From the NCBI GenBank assembly GCA_022827885.1, contig JAJEIP010000008.1, positions 768-64,767 on the forward strand: a stretch of DNA of 64,000 bases, in the 5' to 3' direction. The translations under genes and the position numbers were made by a program. This stretch comes from Candidatus Poribacteria bacterium (GTDB lineage: Bacteria; Poribacteria; WGA-4E; WGA-3G). Below are positions 17,047-26,161 of the stretch, piece after piece. Numbering within the stretch: position 1 is the first letter of the stretch; the number at the start of each line of letters is the position of its first letter. The notes beneath the pieces were generated by a model. It had not been told where the DNA came from, searched no databases, and was given only the letters and a program-made list of their open reading frames with translations.

Positions 17047-17223
17047 TTGTACTTTTTGCTTGTGCTATTATTCTTACTTCATAATGATTTTTGGCTCTGG
17101 GGAACCCCGCAGCTTGTTTTAGGAGTGCCGGTAGGGTTGCTCTATCATATAGGGTACTGCATTGTCGCAACGTTACTGATGGCGGTTCTCGTCAAAGCGC
17201 GAGGGGATTGGGGTGAACGATGA
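17047..17223 (+). CDS. DUF3311-like small membrane protein, symporter-associated
   Basis: About 58 aa with 2 TM segments (YFLLVLLFLLHNDFWLWG...PVGLLYHIGYCIV), overlapping the start of the symporter gene. The ORF-track start at 16972 is a translated repeat cassette. TTG 17047 lies 12 nt after AAGGA. Confidence 0.55.
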   Translation: MYFLLVLLFLLHNDFWLWGTPQLVLGVPVGLLYHIGYCIVATLLMAVLVKARGDWGER

Positions 17224-18668
17224 GCCTGGCAGTCATTTCTATATACCTCGTGATGGTCTTGGTTCTCGGTGCGTTGAGCCATAAACTTTTCCGAAATACC
17301 GGAGAAGATTACTTCGTCGCGAGTCGAACGATCAATTGGTTTATCCTGTTGATGACGCTGTTCGGCACGAACATGACGGCGTTCTCGATCCTCGGTGCCT
17401 CGGGTGAAGCCTACCATAGGGGTATCGGTGTTTTTGCACTGATGGCTTCTTCCTCGGCAATAGTTGTACCGTGTGTGTTCCTCTTTATCGGGACGCGTCT
17501 GTGGCGACTTGGAAAGCGGTTTGGCTATGTAACACAGGTCCAGTACTTCCGCGATCGGTGGGAATCCGATGGTTTAGGGCTGCTCCTCTTCATCGTGTTT
17601 GTGTTGCTGCTCATTCCGTATCTCCTGATCGGTGTGATGGGCGGTGGCGGGACGTTGGCGACACTCACGGAAGGTCAAATTCCACAATGGCTCGGTGGCT
17701 TACTCATATGTGCAGTCGTTTTGTGTTATGTTACCTACAGCGGTATGCGAGGCACTGCATGGGTGAACACATTCCAAACGCTCGTTTTCATGATCCTCGG
17801 AGGCATCACCTTTTTCGTCATCACGGATCGGATGGGCGGGTTTTCAAATGCTATCGCTAAGGTGGACACGGATTTATTGATGCAGGCGGCGCATATCAAG
17901 CCGTTGGAACTCTTGACCTATCTCTGTGTTCCGCTCTGTGTCGGCATGTTTCCACATATCTTTTCACATTTCCTGACGGCGAGGGATGTGGGAACGTTTC
18001 GGTATGCGATCATTTTGTATCCGTTGTGTATTGCGGTTGTATGGATTCCGAGTGTATTGCTCGGAATACTCGGAAACGTAGATGTCCCAGGTTTGCAGGG
18101 GGCACAAGCGAACAATGTACTGATTCAGATGATCCATATACACGCCCCCGGGGTTTTAGCTGGGTTTTTAGGCGCGGGGGTCTTCGCGGCGATTATGTCG
18201 TCATTGGATTCACAATCGCTTGCTATTGGGAGTATGTTTACGCACGATATTGTCGGACATTACCGGCGGGAGGCGTTTTCGGAGCGGCAACGGGTGTGGG
18301 TGGGCCGCCTATTTGTGAGCGGTGTGCTTTGTGTTACCTACCTCATCTCGCTCATCGCGACACCGAGTATTTTTCGGCTTGCTGTTTGGTCGTTCACTGG
18401 ATTTGCGGGTCTCTTTCCGATTGTCGTTGCGGCGTTGTTCTGGCAGCGTAGCACGAAGCACGGCGTGTTCGCTGCAATCCTAAGTGTAATTCTGTTATGG
18501 CTCTATTTCTTTCTCCAAAACTGGCAGACACCGGGGTATAGTGTCGGTGGTATCGGGATTATGCCTGCTGCGATTCTGGTCGCTGTTTCCTCTGTCGTAT
18601 TGATAATTGTGTCTTTGTTCACAAAACCTCCGAAATTACAAACGCTTGAAAAGTTTTTTAATCAATGA
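17220..18668 (+). CDS. Sodium:solute symporter (SSS) family transporter
   Basis: 482 aa with about 13 TM segments. Has the SSS-like N-terminus (EDYFVASRTINWF) and a GAGVFAAIMSSLDS motif. Confidence 0.85.
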   Translation: MSLAVISIYLVMVLVLGALSHKLFRNTGEDYFVASRTINWFILLMTLFGTNMTAFSILGASGEAYHRGIGVFALMASSSAIVVPCVFLFIGTRLWRLGKRFGYVTQVQYFRDRWESDGLGLLLFIVFVLLLIPYLLIGVMGGGGTLATLTEGQIPQWLGGLLICAVVLCYVTYSGMRGTAWVNTFQTLVFMILGGITFFVITDRMGGFSNAIAKVDTDLLMQAAHIKPLELLTYLCVPLCVGMFPHIFSHFLTARDVGTFRYAIILYPLCIAVVWIPSVLLGILGNVDVPGLQGAQANNVLIQMIHIHAPGVLAGFLGAGVFAAIMSSLDSQSLAIGSMFTHDIVGHYRREAFSERQRVWVGRLFVSGVLCVTYLISLIATPSIFRLAVWSFTGFAGLFPIVVAALFWQRSTKHGVFAAILSVILLWLYFFLQNWQTPGYSVGGIGIMPAAILVAVSSVVLIIVSLFTKPPKLQTLEKFFNQ

Positions 18669-18716
18669 GGATCTGACTAACCAAACACGAAGATTTGGCA
18701 CCACCGTCTTTTTGCT

Positions 18717-18740
18717 GTGGGAGCGATCTCCGATCGCGAT
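18717..18740 (+). repeat. REP-like hairpin (GTGGGAGCGATCTCCGATCGCGAT)
   Basis: GCGATC/GATCGC stem with loop TCC. Confidence 0.55.
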
Positions 18741-18793
18741 ACTTCAATGGACGCGGCAATTCAGAGGTATATCATTAAAAATTTCCAAAGCGC

Positions 18794-18817
18794 GTAGCAC
18801 GCAACAACGGCGCGTGC
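18794..18817 (+). repeat. REP-like GTAG hairpin (GTAGCACGCAACAACGGCGCGTGC)
   Basis: GCACGC/GCGTGC stem with a 9-nt loop. Confidence 0.55.
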
Positions 18818-18897
18818 GGAGCTGACAAAACGCCCTCTTGACCAAAATACTTTGACCGCGCGCAAGCAAAATTAAAATTAAGGATGACAAATAAACC

Positions 18898-19677
18898 GTG
18901 ACGCTGAAAAAAAATATATCGCTGTTTCTGCTGATGGCTTGCATTTTCGCGTGTGGGGAGGCGGAAGAGACAACTGAGTCGGAATCTCAAAAACCGGCAG
19001 CACTCGAATACGGCACAGTCTCTGGATCCATCATTGATGCTGGAACCGGAAATCGTATTCCTGGGTCAACTGTGACGCTGCTCGGACAGTCCTTTGAAAC
19101 TGGCATAGACGGCAATTACACGTTTCAAGGTGTTCTTTACGACGATGTTCATACCTTGATCGTTATTGATCCAGATTATAAGCCGTATAGCCAGCCGGTT
19201 GTCCTTAAACAGGAACGGTTGGTTGTGGATATTATGTTGACCCCCTTAAAAGATCCGGTGGTAGAGTTACGAGATTTTTTTGACAATTTTGCAGCCCTGC
19301 TGGAGTCGGTAGATTTCAAAAACATTGAGGCAATTGAAGCGCTCTTCTCGGAAACCTACGTTGCTGCAGACGATCCAGCCACGCTTTTCGGGGTGGCATC
19401 CGGAATTATTCCTGAAAATTATGCGGATGTGATTCCGGCAATGACCCAACTTTTTGAGGAATACGTCTCGCTGCAATTCCTCTTCCAAGATATAGAGATG
19501 AATATAACGCATGCCCGGAAGTCGGCAGCGACGCTTCAGTTGGATGTTGACGCGGAAAAAGGAGAAGAGCGAGACTTACGAGAGCTCAAAGCCAGCTGCA
19601 GATTTGAATTCCGGCGTGAAGAACGGGATTGGAAAATTGTGTATTGGCAACTCTTTGAATTAGATATCCGCTTATGA
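18898..19677 (+). CDS. Lipoprotein with CarboxypepD_reg-like and NTF2-like domains
   Basis: Lipobox LMACIFAC-G. GSIIDAGTGNRIPGSTVTLLG...GNYTFQGV is a carboxypeptidase-regulatory-like fold. Confidence 0.5.
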   Translation: MTLKKNISLFLLMACIFACGEAEETTESESQKPAALEYGTVSGSIIDAGTGNRIPGSTVTLLGQSFETGIDGNYTFQGVLYDDVHTLIVIDPDYKPYSQPVVLKQERLVVDIMLTPLKDPVVELRDFFDNFAALLESVDFKNIEAIEALFSETYVAADDPATLFGVASGIIPENYADVIPAMTQLFEEYVSLQFLFQDIEMNITHARKSAATLQLDVDAEKGEERDLRELKASCRFEFRREERDWKIVYWQLFELDIRL

Positions 19678-19693
19678 TTTTTATTTTTTTTAC

Positions 19694-20548
19694 TTAATAA
19701 TTAAAAAACAAAAAATTTGCGAGGGCGGCGAATTCTGTGATATCCAATGTTTCAGCACGCCGCTCTGGCGCGATACCGAGTTCCTCAAATGCAGCCGCTA
19801 ATACCTTCGCCGGTGCCAGCCTACCCCTAACTAACGTATTTTTTAGCATCTTCCGCCGCGTCCGAAACGCCGTCCGGACGACTTTAAAGAAGAATTCCTC
19901 ATTTTCAACCTTAACCTTTGGATTTTCACGCATCGTCAGTTTTAAGAGTGCCGAATCCACTTTCGGTGCCGGATAAAAGTTTTCTGGCGACAGGGTGGCG
20001 ATAAGTGTCGCGTCCGTCCGATACGTGACACCGATTGTTAAGGCACCGTAATCCTTTCCTCCCGGTTCAGCAACAATCCTTTCAGCAACCTCTTTCTGCG
20101 TCATCAATACGCAGCTATGAATCTGTTTGTGATGATCGAGCAGTTTCCACAAGATTGGCGTCGTAATACTATAAGGCAGGTTCGCTATAACCTTAAAAGT
20201 AGTAGGCACAGTCTCTGTGCCGTCAGACAACAATGAATTGAGTTCCAGTTTAAGGATGTCGGCGTTAAGGAGGTGAACGTGTGAATTTGCTGAGAATTGC
20301 GCTGCTAACGCCTTGTATAACAACTCGTCCACTTCAACAGCAATAACACGTTTGGCACGTCGCGCTAAAGCGTCCGTGAGGCACCCTAAACCCGCACCAA
20401 TCTCTATAACGGTGTCGGTATCCGTGAGTTCTCCCGCTGCAAGAATAATTTCGAGAGCTTCTGGGTTAACGAGGAAGTTTTGTCCTAATTGTTTTTTGGG
20501 ACGGGTGTGATTGAGGGCAAAGAAGTCGCGGACCTGTCGATGGTTCAT
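19694..20548 (-). CDS. rsmA: 16S rRNA (adenine1518/1519-N6)-dimethyltransferase
   Basis: KKQLGQNFL, EIGAGLGCLT and ANLPYSITTPIL are KsgA/RsmA signatures. Confidence 0.9.
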   Translation of the reverse strand: MNHRQVRDFFALNHTRPKKQLGQNFLVNPEALEIILAAGELTDTDTVIEIGAGLGCLTDALARRAKRVIAVEVDELLYKALAAQFSANSHVHLLNADILKLELNSLLSDGTETVPTTFKVIANLPYSITTPILWKLLDHHKQIHSCVLMTQKEVAERIVAEPGGKDYGALTIGVTYRTDATLIATLSPENFYPAPKVDSALLKLTMRENPKVKVENEEFFFKVVRTAFRTRRKMLKNTLVRGRLAPAKVLAAAFEELGIAPERRAETLDITEFAALANFLFFNY

Positions 20549-20569
20549 CTTTTAAGGGTTGACTGATAA

Positions 20570-21850
20570 CTATGACCTGAGGGAAATAACTTTTGTCAGA
20601 ATAGCATCCGCCACGTCGCGTTTTGAGGCACGTGGGAGTTGTTCGCAGGTGCCGTCTCGCTCCAGCAGGGTTACAATATTCGTATCGACGCCGAATCCGG
20701 CTCCCTCCGCAAGGATGTCATTCGCGACAATGAGATCGCAGTTTTTGCGTATCAGTTTCTTTTGGGCGTTTTCAAGGATGTCGTTCGTTTCGGCGGCGAA
20801 GCAAACGAGGGTTTGGTCGGTTTTCTGTTCGCCAAGTGCCTCGGCGATGTCCGGATTCCTTTCGAGTGGAAGTGTCAAGGTTTCGGCAGTTTTTTTGATT
20901 TTATGGGGCGTAAATTCGCTCGGTCGATAATCGGCAGGCGCGCCCGCCATGATGACAATATCTGTTTCTTTGAAAGTTTGCAAGAGTGCATCATACATCT
21001 CAAGCGTCGTCTCGACGTGCTGGATTTCAATGTCGGCAGGGGCAGGGACGGTCGCAGCGCCGCTAATCAGACGCACCTCTGCACCCCGCTGTGCAGCCGC
21101 TTCAGCAATGGCGTATCCCATCTTACCACTCGAACGGTTGGTGATAAAGCGGACCGGATCGATATATTCGCGTGTTGCCCCGGCTGTGACGAGAACGCGT
21201 GTCCCTCGTAAATCAGATGTTTCGGTTTTGGATAGACTGTTCGATCTGGCATCCGAAAGAATATCATTTATCCGTTGCAGGATTGCATCCACTGTGTTCA
21301 GCCGTCCCGTCCCTTCATAACCGCAGGCTAAATCGCCGCTATCGGGTTCAACGAAATGAATCCCGTGCGTTTTCAAGGTGTCAATATTCCGTTGCACAAA
21401 CGGATTGTGGTACATATGTCCGTTCATCGCCGGTGCGAGGAGAATTGGACAGTGGACGGAAACCGCAACGGTCGAGAGCGCGTCGTCAGCGATGCCGTTT
21501 GCCATCTTACCGATGATATTCGCTGTCGCGGGGACGATTGCGAGGAGATCCGCACGATCGGCGAGATCAATATGCGGGGGTTTCCAGTCTGTTCCAGCGT
21601 CGAATAGGTTCAGGAGGACAGGATTCCGTGAGATGACTTGGAATTGCAGTGGCTGCACGAGGCGTGTGGCGTTTTCCGTCATGACGACGTGGACGGATGC
21701 TCCGTCTTTGACGAGTTGGCTCGCCACATCAATCGACTTGTGGATAGCGATGCCCCCTGTGACACCTAAGATAATATTTTTAATTTTTCCTTGCGGTTCG
21801 GTGAGGTAGATTGAAGGAACAACGATCCTCTCCGTATATCCGCCCTCCAT
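20570..21850 (-). CDS. coaBC: Bifunctional phosphopantothenoylcysteine decarboxylase/synthetase (start uncertain)
   Basis: ILGVTGGIAIHK and PAMNGHMY, plus the C-terminal CoaB half (VTAGATREYIDPVRFITNRSSGKMG). The first 25 or so codons of the ORF are a translated repeat cassette. The likely start is ATT at 21775. Confidence 0.9.
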   Translation of the reverse strand: MEGGYTERIVVPSIYLTEPQGKIKNIILGVTGGIAIHKSIDVASQLVKDGASVHVVMTENATRLVQPLQFQVISRNPVLLNLFDAGTDWKPPHIDLADRADLLAIVPATANIIGKMANGIADDALSTVAVSVHCPILLAPAMNGHMYHNPFVQRNIDTLKTHGIHFVEPDSGDLACGYEGTGRLNTVDAILQRINDILSDARSNSLSKTETSDLRGTRVLVTAGATREYIDPVRFITNRSSGKMGYAIAEAAAQRGAEVRLISGAATVPAPADIEIQHVETTLEMYDALLQTFKETDIVIMAGAPADYRPSEFTPHKIKKTAETLTLPLERNPDIAEALGEQKTDQTLVCFAAETNDILENAQKKLIRKNCDLIVANDILAEGAGFGVDTNIVTLLERDGTCEQLPRASKRDVADAILTKVISLRS

Positions 21851-21864
21851 TTCATTACAGGCTT
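21772..21864 (-). repeat. Short-form leader cassette upstream of coaBC
   Basis: The minus strand reads AAGCCTGTAATGAAATGGAGGGCGGATATACGGAGAGGA...CTACCTCACCGAACCGCAAGGAAAAATTAAAAAT. Confidence 0.75.
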
Positions 21865-21905
21865 GATTTTCCTTTTGCTGGTTTTGGAGTGATACAGGGT
21901 TTAAT

Positions 21906-22559
21906 TTAATCTATGCTGTCCATGCCGAGTAACGGGTTGAGTGTCTCTATCAGTTTGGCATCAACGCGAGATCGTTCGGCAGTGATAATCGTCTGGATTT
22001 GCTGAACTGCTTGTTTGACGCCGCCTTGTGGGTTGCTAACCCAGTAATCGTAGTGCTGAATCTCGCGGACTTCGGATTTTGCTATATCCAAGCGTTGTTT
22101 CAGTTCCGACTCCGATTCTGTGTCTCTGCGGCGGAGACGTTTCTCCAAGGTAGCGAATGAGGGCGGGACAATAAAGATAAGGATACTTCTTGCCGGTGCG
22201 AGGTCTTGTGCTTGGATTTCCAGAGAACCCTTTACCTCGATCTCTAAGATAGAATCTTTCCCGGCTTCGCGGGCATCGACAATTTCAGATTTGAGCGTTC
22301 CATAGAAGTTGTCGCCGTATGCTGCCCATTCTAAGAAACGGTCCTGCCGAATGGACTTTTCAAATTCCGTTTTTGACAGAAAGTGATAATCAACGCCAGC
22401 GACTTCACCGGGACGTGGTTTACGCGTTGTTGCAGAGACAGATAATTGTAAGGTTTCATCTGTTTTGCAGAGGGCATCAATGACGGTGCTTTTCCCTGAA
22501 CCAGAGGGACCGGAGATGACGATGACAAGGTGCGGTTTATAGAGATATGTGTTCGCCAT
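21906..22559 (-). CDS. gmk: Guanylate kinase
   Basis: ISGPSGSGKST P-loop, TTRKPRPGEVAGVDYHF and EWAAYGDNFYGT. Confidence 0.9.
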   Translation of the reverse strand: MANTYLYKPHLVIVISGPSGSGKSTVIDALCKTDETLQLSVSATTRKPRPGEVAGVDYHFLSKTEFEKSIRQDRFLEWAAYGDNFYGTLKSEIVDAREAGKDSILEIEVKGSLEIQAQDLAPARSILIFIVPPSFATLEKRLRRRDTESESELKQRLDIAKSEVREIQHYDYWVSNPQGGVKQAVQQIQTIITAERSRVDAKLIETLNPLLGMDSID

Positions 22560-22661
22560 TGGAAGCGTTTTAGTTTATGGAGTTTAGGGACAAGTCTATA
22601 GAGGTTCGTAAGACAATGCTCTCCGCTCCGCTTAGGGACAGGTTTCTGATAATCCTAAGAC

Positions 22662-22775
22662 GTAGCCTGCAACAATACGCAGAAATACCCAAGCAAAAAC
22701 ACGCAGGCGGCTATACGGAGAGGCACTTTAATATCCAAACCCACCGCATCGAACCGCAAGGTATAATTAAAATAT
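22662..22775 (+). repeat. Variant leader cassette in the gmk-ferredoxin spacer, antisense to the flanking genes
   Basis: GTAGCCTGCAA...AAATACCCAAGCAAAAACAC...GGCGGCTATACGGAGAGGCAC...CCCACCGCATCGAACCGCAAGGTATAATTAAAAT. The AAAYACCCAAGCAAAAAYAC module recurs at about 986-1006. Confidence 0.65.
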
Positions 22776-23239
22776 TAGTCTGCGGCTTCAGCTTCAGCCA
22801 GTTCCACAAGCACGGGGGATTCAATGCGGATAGCGTCCTTGATACAGACCTCTTCACACAACTTGCAGCCGACACAGTCTTTCGGTTTAACGAGTTCACA
22901 GATACCAAAGAAACTTTCAGCGTGTTCACCGGTCTCTGGGTCCTTGAGTTCAAGACACTCCCAGGGACAAATATGGACACAGAAGTCGCATCCCGAGCAG
23001 AGTTCTTCATAGATAACGGCGATAGGTCGGTGCGTGGGTCGACGAATGAATTTGCACACCTCTCCGAACTGGTCACGGATTGCCTCGACTGGACAGACCA
23101 TCCCGCACGCGCTACAATCAATGCAAATATTCGGATCGATGATGTGTAGCATGTTCCGATCGCCCGTGATTGCATCAACCGGGCAGTTCGTCAAACACGC
23201 CATGCACCCGATACACTCGTCGGTGATATAATATGCCAT
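22775..23239 (-). CDS. Polyferredoxin, four [4Fe-4S]-type cluster motifs
   Basis: 154 aa with CIGCMACLTNCP, CIDCSACGMVCP, CSGCDFCVHICP and CVGCKLCEEVC. Confidence 0.85.
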   Translation of the reverse strand: MAYYITDECIGCMACLTNCPVDAITGDRNMLHIIDPNICIDCSACGMVCPVEAIRDQFGEVCKFIRRPTHRPIAVIYEELCSGCDFCVHICPWECLELKDPETGEHAESFFGICELVKPKDCVGCKLCEEVCIKDAIRIESPVLVELAEAEAAD

Positions 23240-23421
23240 GAATCACTTTCCTGTTTTTGGCTTTCAACGCCGGGGTCCCCACCCGTTATTGGGAAGGGCT
23301 AAACTTGCTATTCTAAAATTGGGCAAAATCTTTACGAATATACTCAATACATATATTTTAACACAATCTTTATGAATTGTCAAGCGTGTTTTTTATTTCA
23401 AACAGGGCATTCAATTCTTCT

Positions 23422-23452
23422 GTAGAAGGGATCTCCGAATCCCGACGCCTGC
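23422..23452 (+). repeat. REP-like GTAG hairpin (GTAGAAGGGATCTCCGAATCCCGACGCCTGC)
   Basis: GGGAT/ATCCC stem with loop CTCCGA. Near-identical to 32913-32943. Confidence 0.7.
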
Positions 23453-23552
23453 TTGTTGACAACTATCCCGTTGATATTTTTCGGAAGTATCCGCTATAAT
23501 AGTGACATAGAAATGTTAGGGCTTTCTTTTTAAGCCTATACTATAAAACGAC

Positions 23553-24335
23553 ATGGGAGATCTAATGGACTTAGGACTCAAGGACAAAGTGGTAGTTGTG
23601 ACAGGTGCGAGCCGCGGCATCGGACGTGCTATCGCGCACGGTTTCGCTGAAGAAGGCGCGCGGTTGAGCATCTGTGGCAGAACCCAAGATACACTCCAAA
23701 ACATTAAGGATGAACTCACAGCAAAAGATGCGGAGGTTTTCGCCAAACGCACAGATGTTACGGATGGCGAACAGGTTAACGCGTTCATAGCAGAGACCGT
23801 GGAAACGTATGGTGGAATTGATGTCGTTGTGAACAACGTCGGTGGCAGTCGGTGGACCCCTCTGGAAGAGATTTCAGATACCGAATGGCACGAAATCCTC
23901 GACCTGAATCTGGTATCTGCAGCGCGGGTGAACCGAGGCGTTATCCCTGAAATGAAAAAACGGGGAAGCGGTGTGATTCTGATGATAACCTCCATCTACG
24001 GTAGGGAAGGCGGTGGACACATCACCTATAACGCCGCGAAAGCCGCTGAGATCAGTATGACAAAGTCGTTGGCAAGGGAGCTGGCACCGGACAATATCCG
24101 CGTGAATAGCGTCGCCCCGGGTTCGATCCTCTTTCCGGGGGGTGGCTGGGCGCGTCGCATGGCGGCGGATCCAGAGGCGATGGAAGCCTTTGTGAAAAGC
24201 GATATGCCGCTGGGGAGGTTCGGGAAGCCCGAAGAAATCGCGAATGTCGTCGTCTTTCTCGCATCGGAACGCGCGAGTCTTGTAACGGGTGCCTGTGTGA
24301 ACGTTGATGGCTGTCAGTCGCATTCAAATATTTAA
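23553..24335 (+). CDS. Short-chain dehydrogenase/reductase (FabG-like)
   Basis: TGASRGIGRAIA, NNVG and YNAAKAA (YxxxK) motifs; 260 aa. Confidence 0.85.
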   Translation: MGDLMDLGLKDKVVVVTGASRGIGRAIAHGFAEEGARLSICGRTQDTLQNIKDELTAKDAEVFAKRTDVTDGEQVNAFIAETVETYGGIDVVVNNVGGSRWTPLEEISDTEWHEILDLNLVSAARVNRGVIPEMKKRGSGVILMITSIYGREGGGHITYNAAKAAEISMTKSLARELAPDNIRVNSVAPGSILFPGGGWARRMAADPEAMEAFVKSDMPLGRFGKPEEIANVVVFLASERASLVTGACVNVDGCQSHSNI

Positions 24336-24415
24336 GGGATCGTAGTATTATAGAGATGGGTGAGTCTATGTGTTGTCTTCGGTAAGATAGCGCGTCAGAC
24401 TTGCCCTTTACTGCT

Positions 24416-26161
24416 TCAATCGTCCCCAAGTAGTGGTGAGTTTTCCTTTAAGACACCCGCAACGAGGACAAGGTCCTGTATATTGACAATCCCATCACCA
24501 TTGATATCCGCAGGATTGCTTCCCGATTGCCCAAGATTCGATGCGACCGATACAAGGTCTTGGATGTTAACAATACCATCCCCCGTGACATCCTCTTTGC
24601 GTCTTGTAGGTTCAGTGGTATCTGACATAGTGGATGGATTGAGCTCCCATAAGAGTACGGTGCCGTCATAACTCCCGCTTGCGAGGGTATTGCTATCTGG
24701 ACCAAACGATACGCTGTTAACCTCAGCCGCATGCCCGGTGAGCGTGCGGAGCTCGCTACCCGTGTTCACATCCCAGAGACGGACGGTGCCGTCCCAACTC
24801 GCGGTTGCGACGGTCGTCCCATCTGGACTAAACGAGACGCCGACGATCGCACCCTCATGCCCAGTGAGCGTGTGGAGCTCGCTGCCCGTGTTCACATCCC
24901 AAAGGCGGGCGGTGCTATCGTAACTCCCGCTTAGGATGAGCGTCCCATCCGGACTAAACAATACGCTGGCAGCCCCAGCCGTATGTCCGGTGAGCGTGCG
25001 GATCTCGCTACCTGTGTTGGCATCCCAGAGACGGACGGTGCGGTCATAACTCCCACTGACAATGGTCATCCCATCTGGGCTAAACGCTGCACTTCTGACC
25101 CAATGCGTATGCCCCGTAAGTGTGCGGAGATGGCTGCCTGTGTTCACATCCCAGAGACGGACGGTGTTGTCCCCACTCGCGGTTGCGATGAGCGTCCCAT
25201 CCGGACTAAACGATACATCTCTGATCCAATCCGCATGCCCTCTGAGTGTGCGAAGTGGACCACCCGTGTTCACATCCCACAGACGGGCGGTGTCGTCATA
25301 GCTCCCACTGGCGAGAGTCGTGCCATCGGGACTAAACGATAGGCTGTTGACCTTATCTCTATGCCCTCTGAGCGTGTGGAGATGACTACCCGTGTTCGCA
25401 TTCCACAGGCGGACGGAGTAGTCACCAGCCATCCAACGGCCGATTCGGTCCCCACTCCCGCTGGCGACGGTTCTGCCATCTGGACTCAACGAGACGCTGG
25501 CGACCCCAGCCGTATGCCCGGTGAGTGTGCGGATCTCGCTGCCTGTGTCCGCATCCCACAGACGGAGGGTGCCATCTTCACTTCCACTTGCGATGGTGCT
25601 GCCATCTGAGCTAAACGAGACGCTGAGAACCCCAGGCTTAATAAAGTTTCTGCTCGACTTCGTATGCCCTGTGAGCGTGCGGATCTCGCTACCCGTGTTG
25701 GCATCCCAGAGACGGACGGTGTTGTCTGCACTCCCGCTTGCGATGGTGCTGCCATCTGGACTCAACGAGACGCTGAAGACCTTATCCCTATGCCCTGTGA
25801 GCGTGCGGAGGTGTGAACCCGTACTCGCATCCCAGAGACGGATGTCACTGTCTTCACCCCCGCTTGCGATGGTGCTGCCATCTGGACTCAACGAGACGCT
25901 GTTGACCGACTTCGTATGCCCTCTGATCAGTTCGAGTGCTTCACCTGTCTGTGCGTCGTAGATCCAAATACCGATACTACTTGCGACTGCCAGACGTGTG
26001 CCGTCCGGCGAATATGTTACTTCATTTATCTTCCCTTTGCCGAGACGAGCTTTAGCACCTTCGGGTAATCCGAAGGTTGTGTAGTTTTGTGCCGAGGTGT
26101 TTGGCACGACAGTAAACATCGCCAAAAGTAGAACGAAAATCGAAAATAGTGTAATTTTCAC
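24416..26161 (-). CDS. Secreted WD40 beta-propeller repeat protein with C-terminal tandem dockerin-like repeats
   Basis: Signal peptide, then about 11 near-identical WD40 units (GH...SVSFSPDG.T.ASGS.D.TVRLWD), then 2x DxxGDGIVNIQDLVxVA calcium-binding dockerin-type repeats. The DNA shows a roughly 126-bp periodicity over about 24650-25960. Confidence 0.9.
   Translation of the reverse strand: MKITLFSIFVLLLAMFTVVPNTSAQNYTTFGLPEGAKARLGKGKINEVTYSPDGTRLAVASSIGIWIYDAQTGEALELIRGHTKSVNSVSLSPDGSTIASGGEDSDIRLWDASTGSHLRTLTGHRDKVFSVSLSPDGSTIASGSADNTVRLWDANTGSEIRTLTGHTKSSRNFIKPGVLSVSFSSDGSTIASGSEDGTLRLWDADTGSEIRTLTGHTAGVASVSLSPDGRTVASGSGDRIGRWMAGDYSVRLWNANTGSHLHTLRGHRDKVNSLSFSPDGTTLASGSYDDTARLWDVNTGGPLRTLRGHADWIRDVSFSPDGTLIATASGDNTVRLWDVNTGSHLRTLTGHTHWVRSAAFSPDGMTIVSGSYDRTVRLWDANTGSEIRTLTGHTAGAASVLFSPDGTLILSGSYDSTARLWDVNTGSELHTLTGHEGAIVGVSFSPDGTTVATASWDGTVRLWDVNTGSELRTLTGHAAEVNSVSFGPDSNTLASGSYDGTVLLWELNPSTMSDTTEPTRRKEDVTGDGIVNIQDLVSVASNLGQSGSNPADINGDGIVNIQDLVLVAGVLKENSPLLGDD

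Noticed and set aside
22577-23178. 190-aa plus-strand ORF and 155-aa minus-strand ORF overlapping the ferredoxin gene and its downstream spacer.
   Set aside because: The frame at 22775..23239 has four canonical CxxCxxCxxxCP motifs and is clearly the real gene. The 5' part of the plus-strand ORF is a translated repeat cassette (22662-22775), and the rest is antisense to the ferredoxin.
23516-24429. Minus-strand ORFs (159, 149 and 125 aa) overlapping the SDR gene.
   Set aside because: The plus-strand frame carries TGxxxGIG, NNVG and YxxxK SDR motifs. The antisense frames have biased composition and no start context.
24448-25961. Numerous 67-146 aa ORFs on both strands overlapping the WD40 gene, and a regular ~126-bp repeat that could be mistaken for a CRISPR-like array.
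   Set aside because: The periodicity corresponds to 42-residue WD40 units in one long, motif-rich minus-strand ORF. The repeats are contiguous with no unique spacers, and the antisense ORFs are low-complexity mirror translations. This is neither a CRISPR array nor a set of separate genes.
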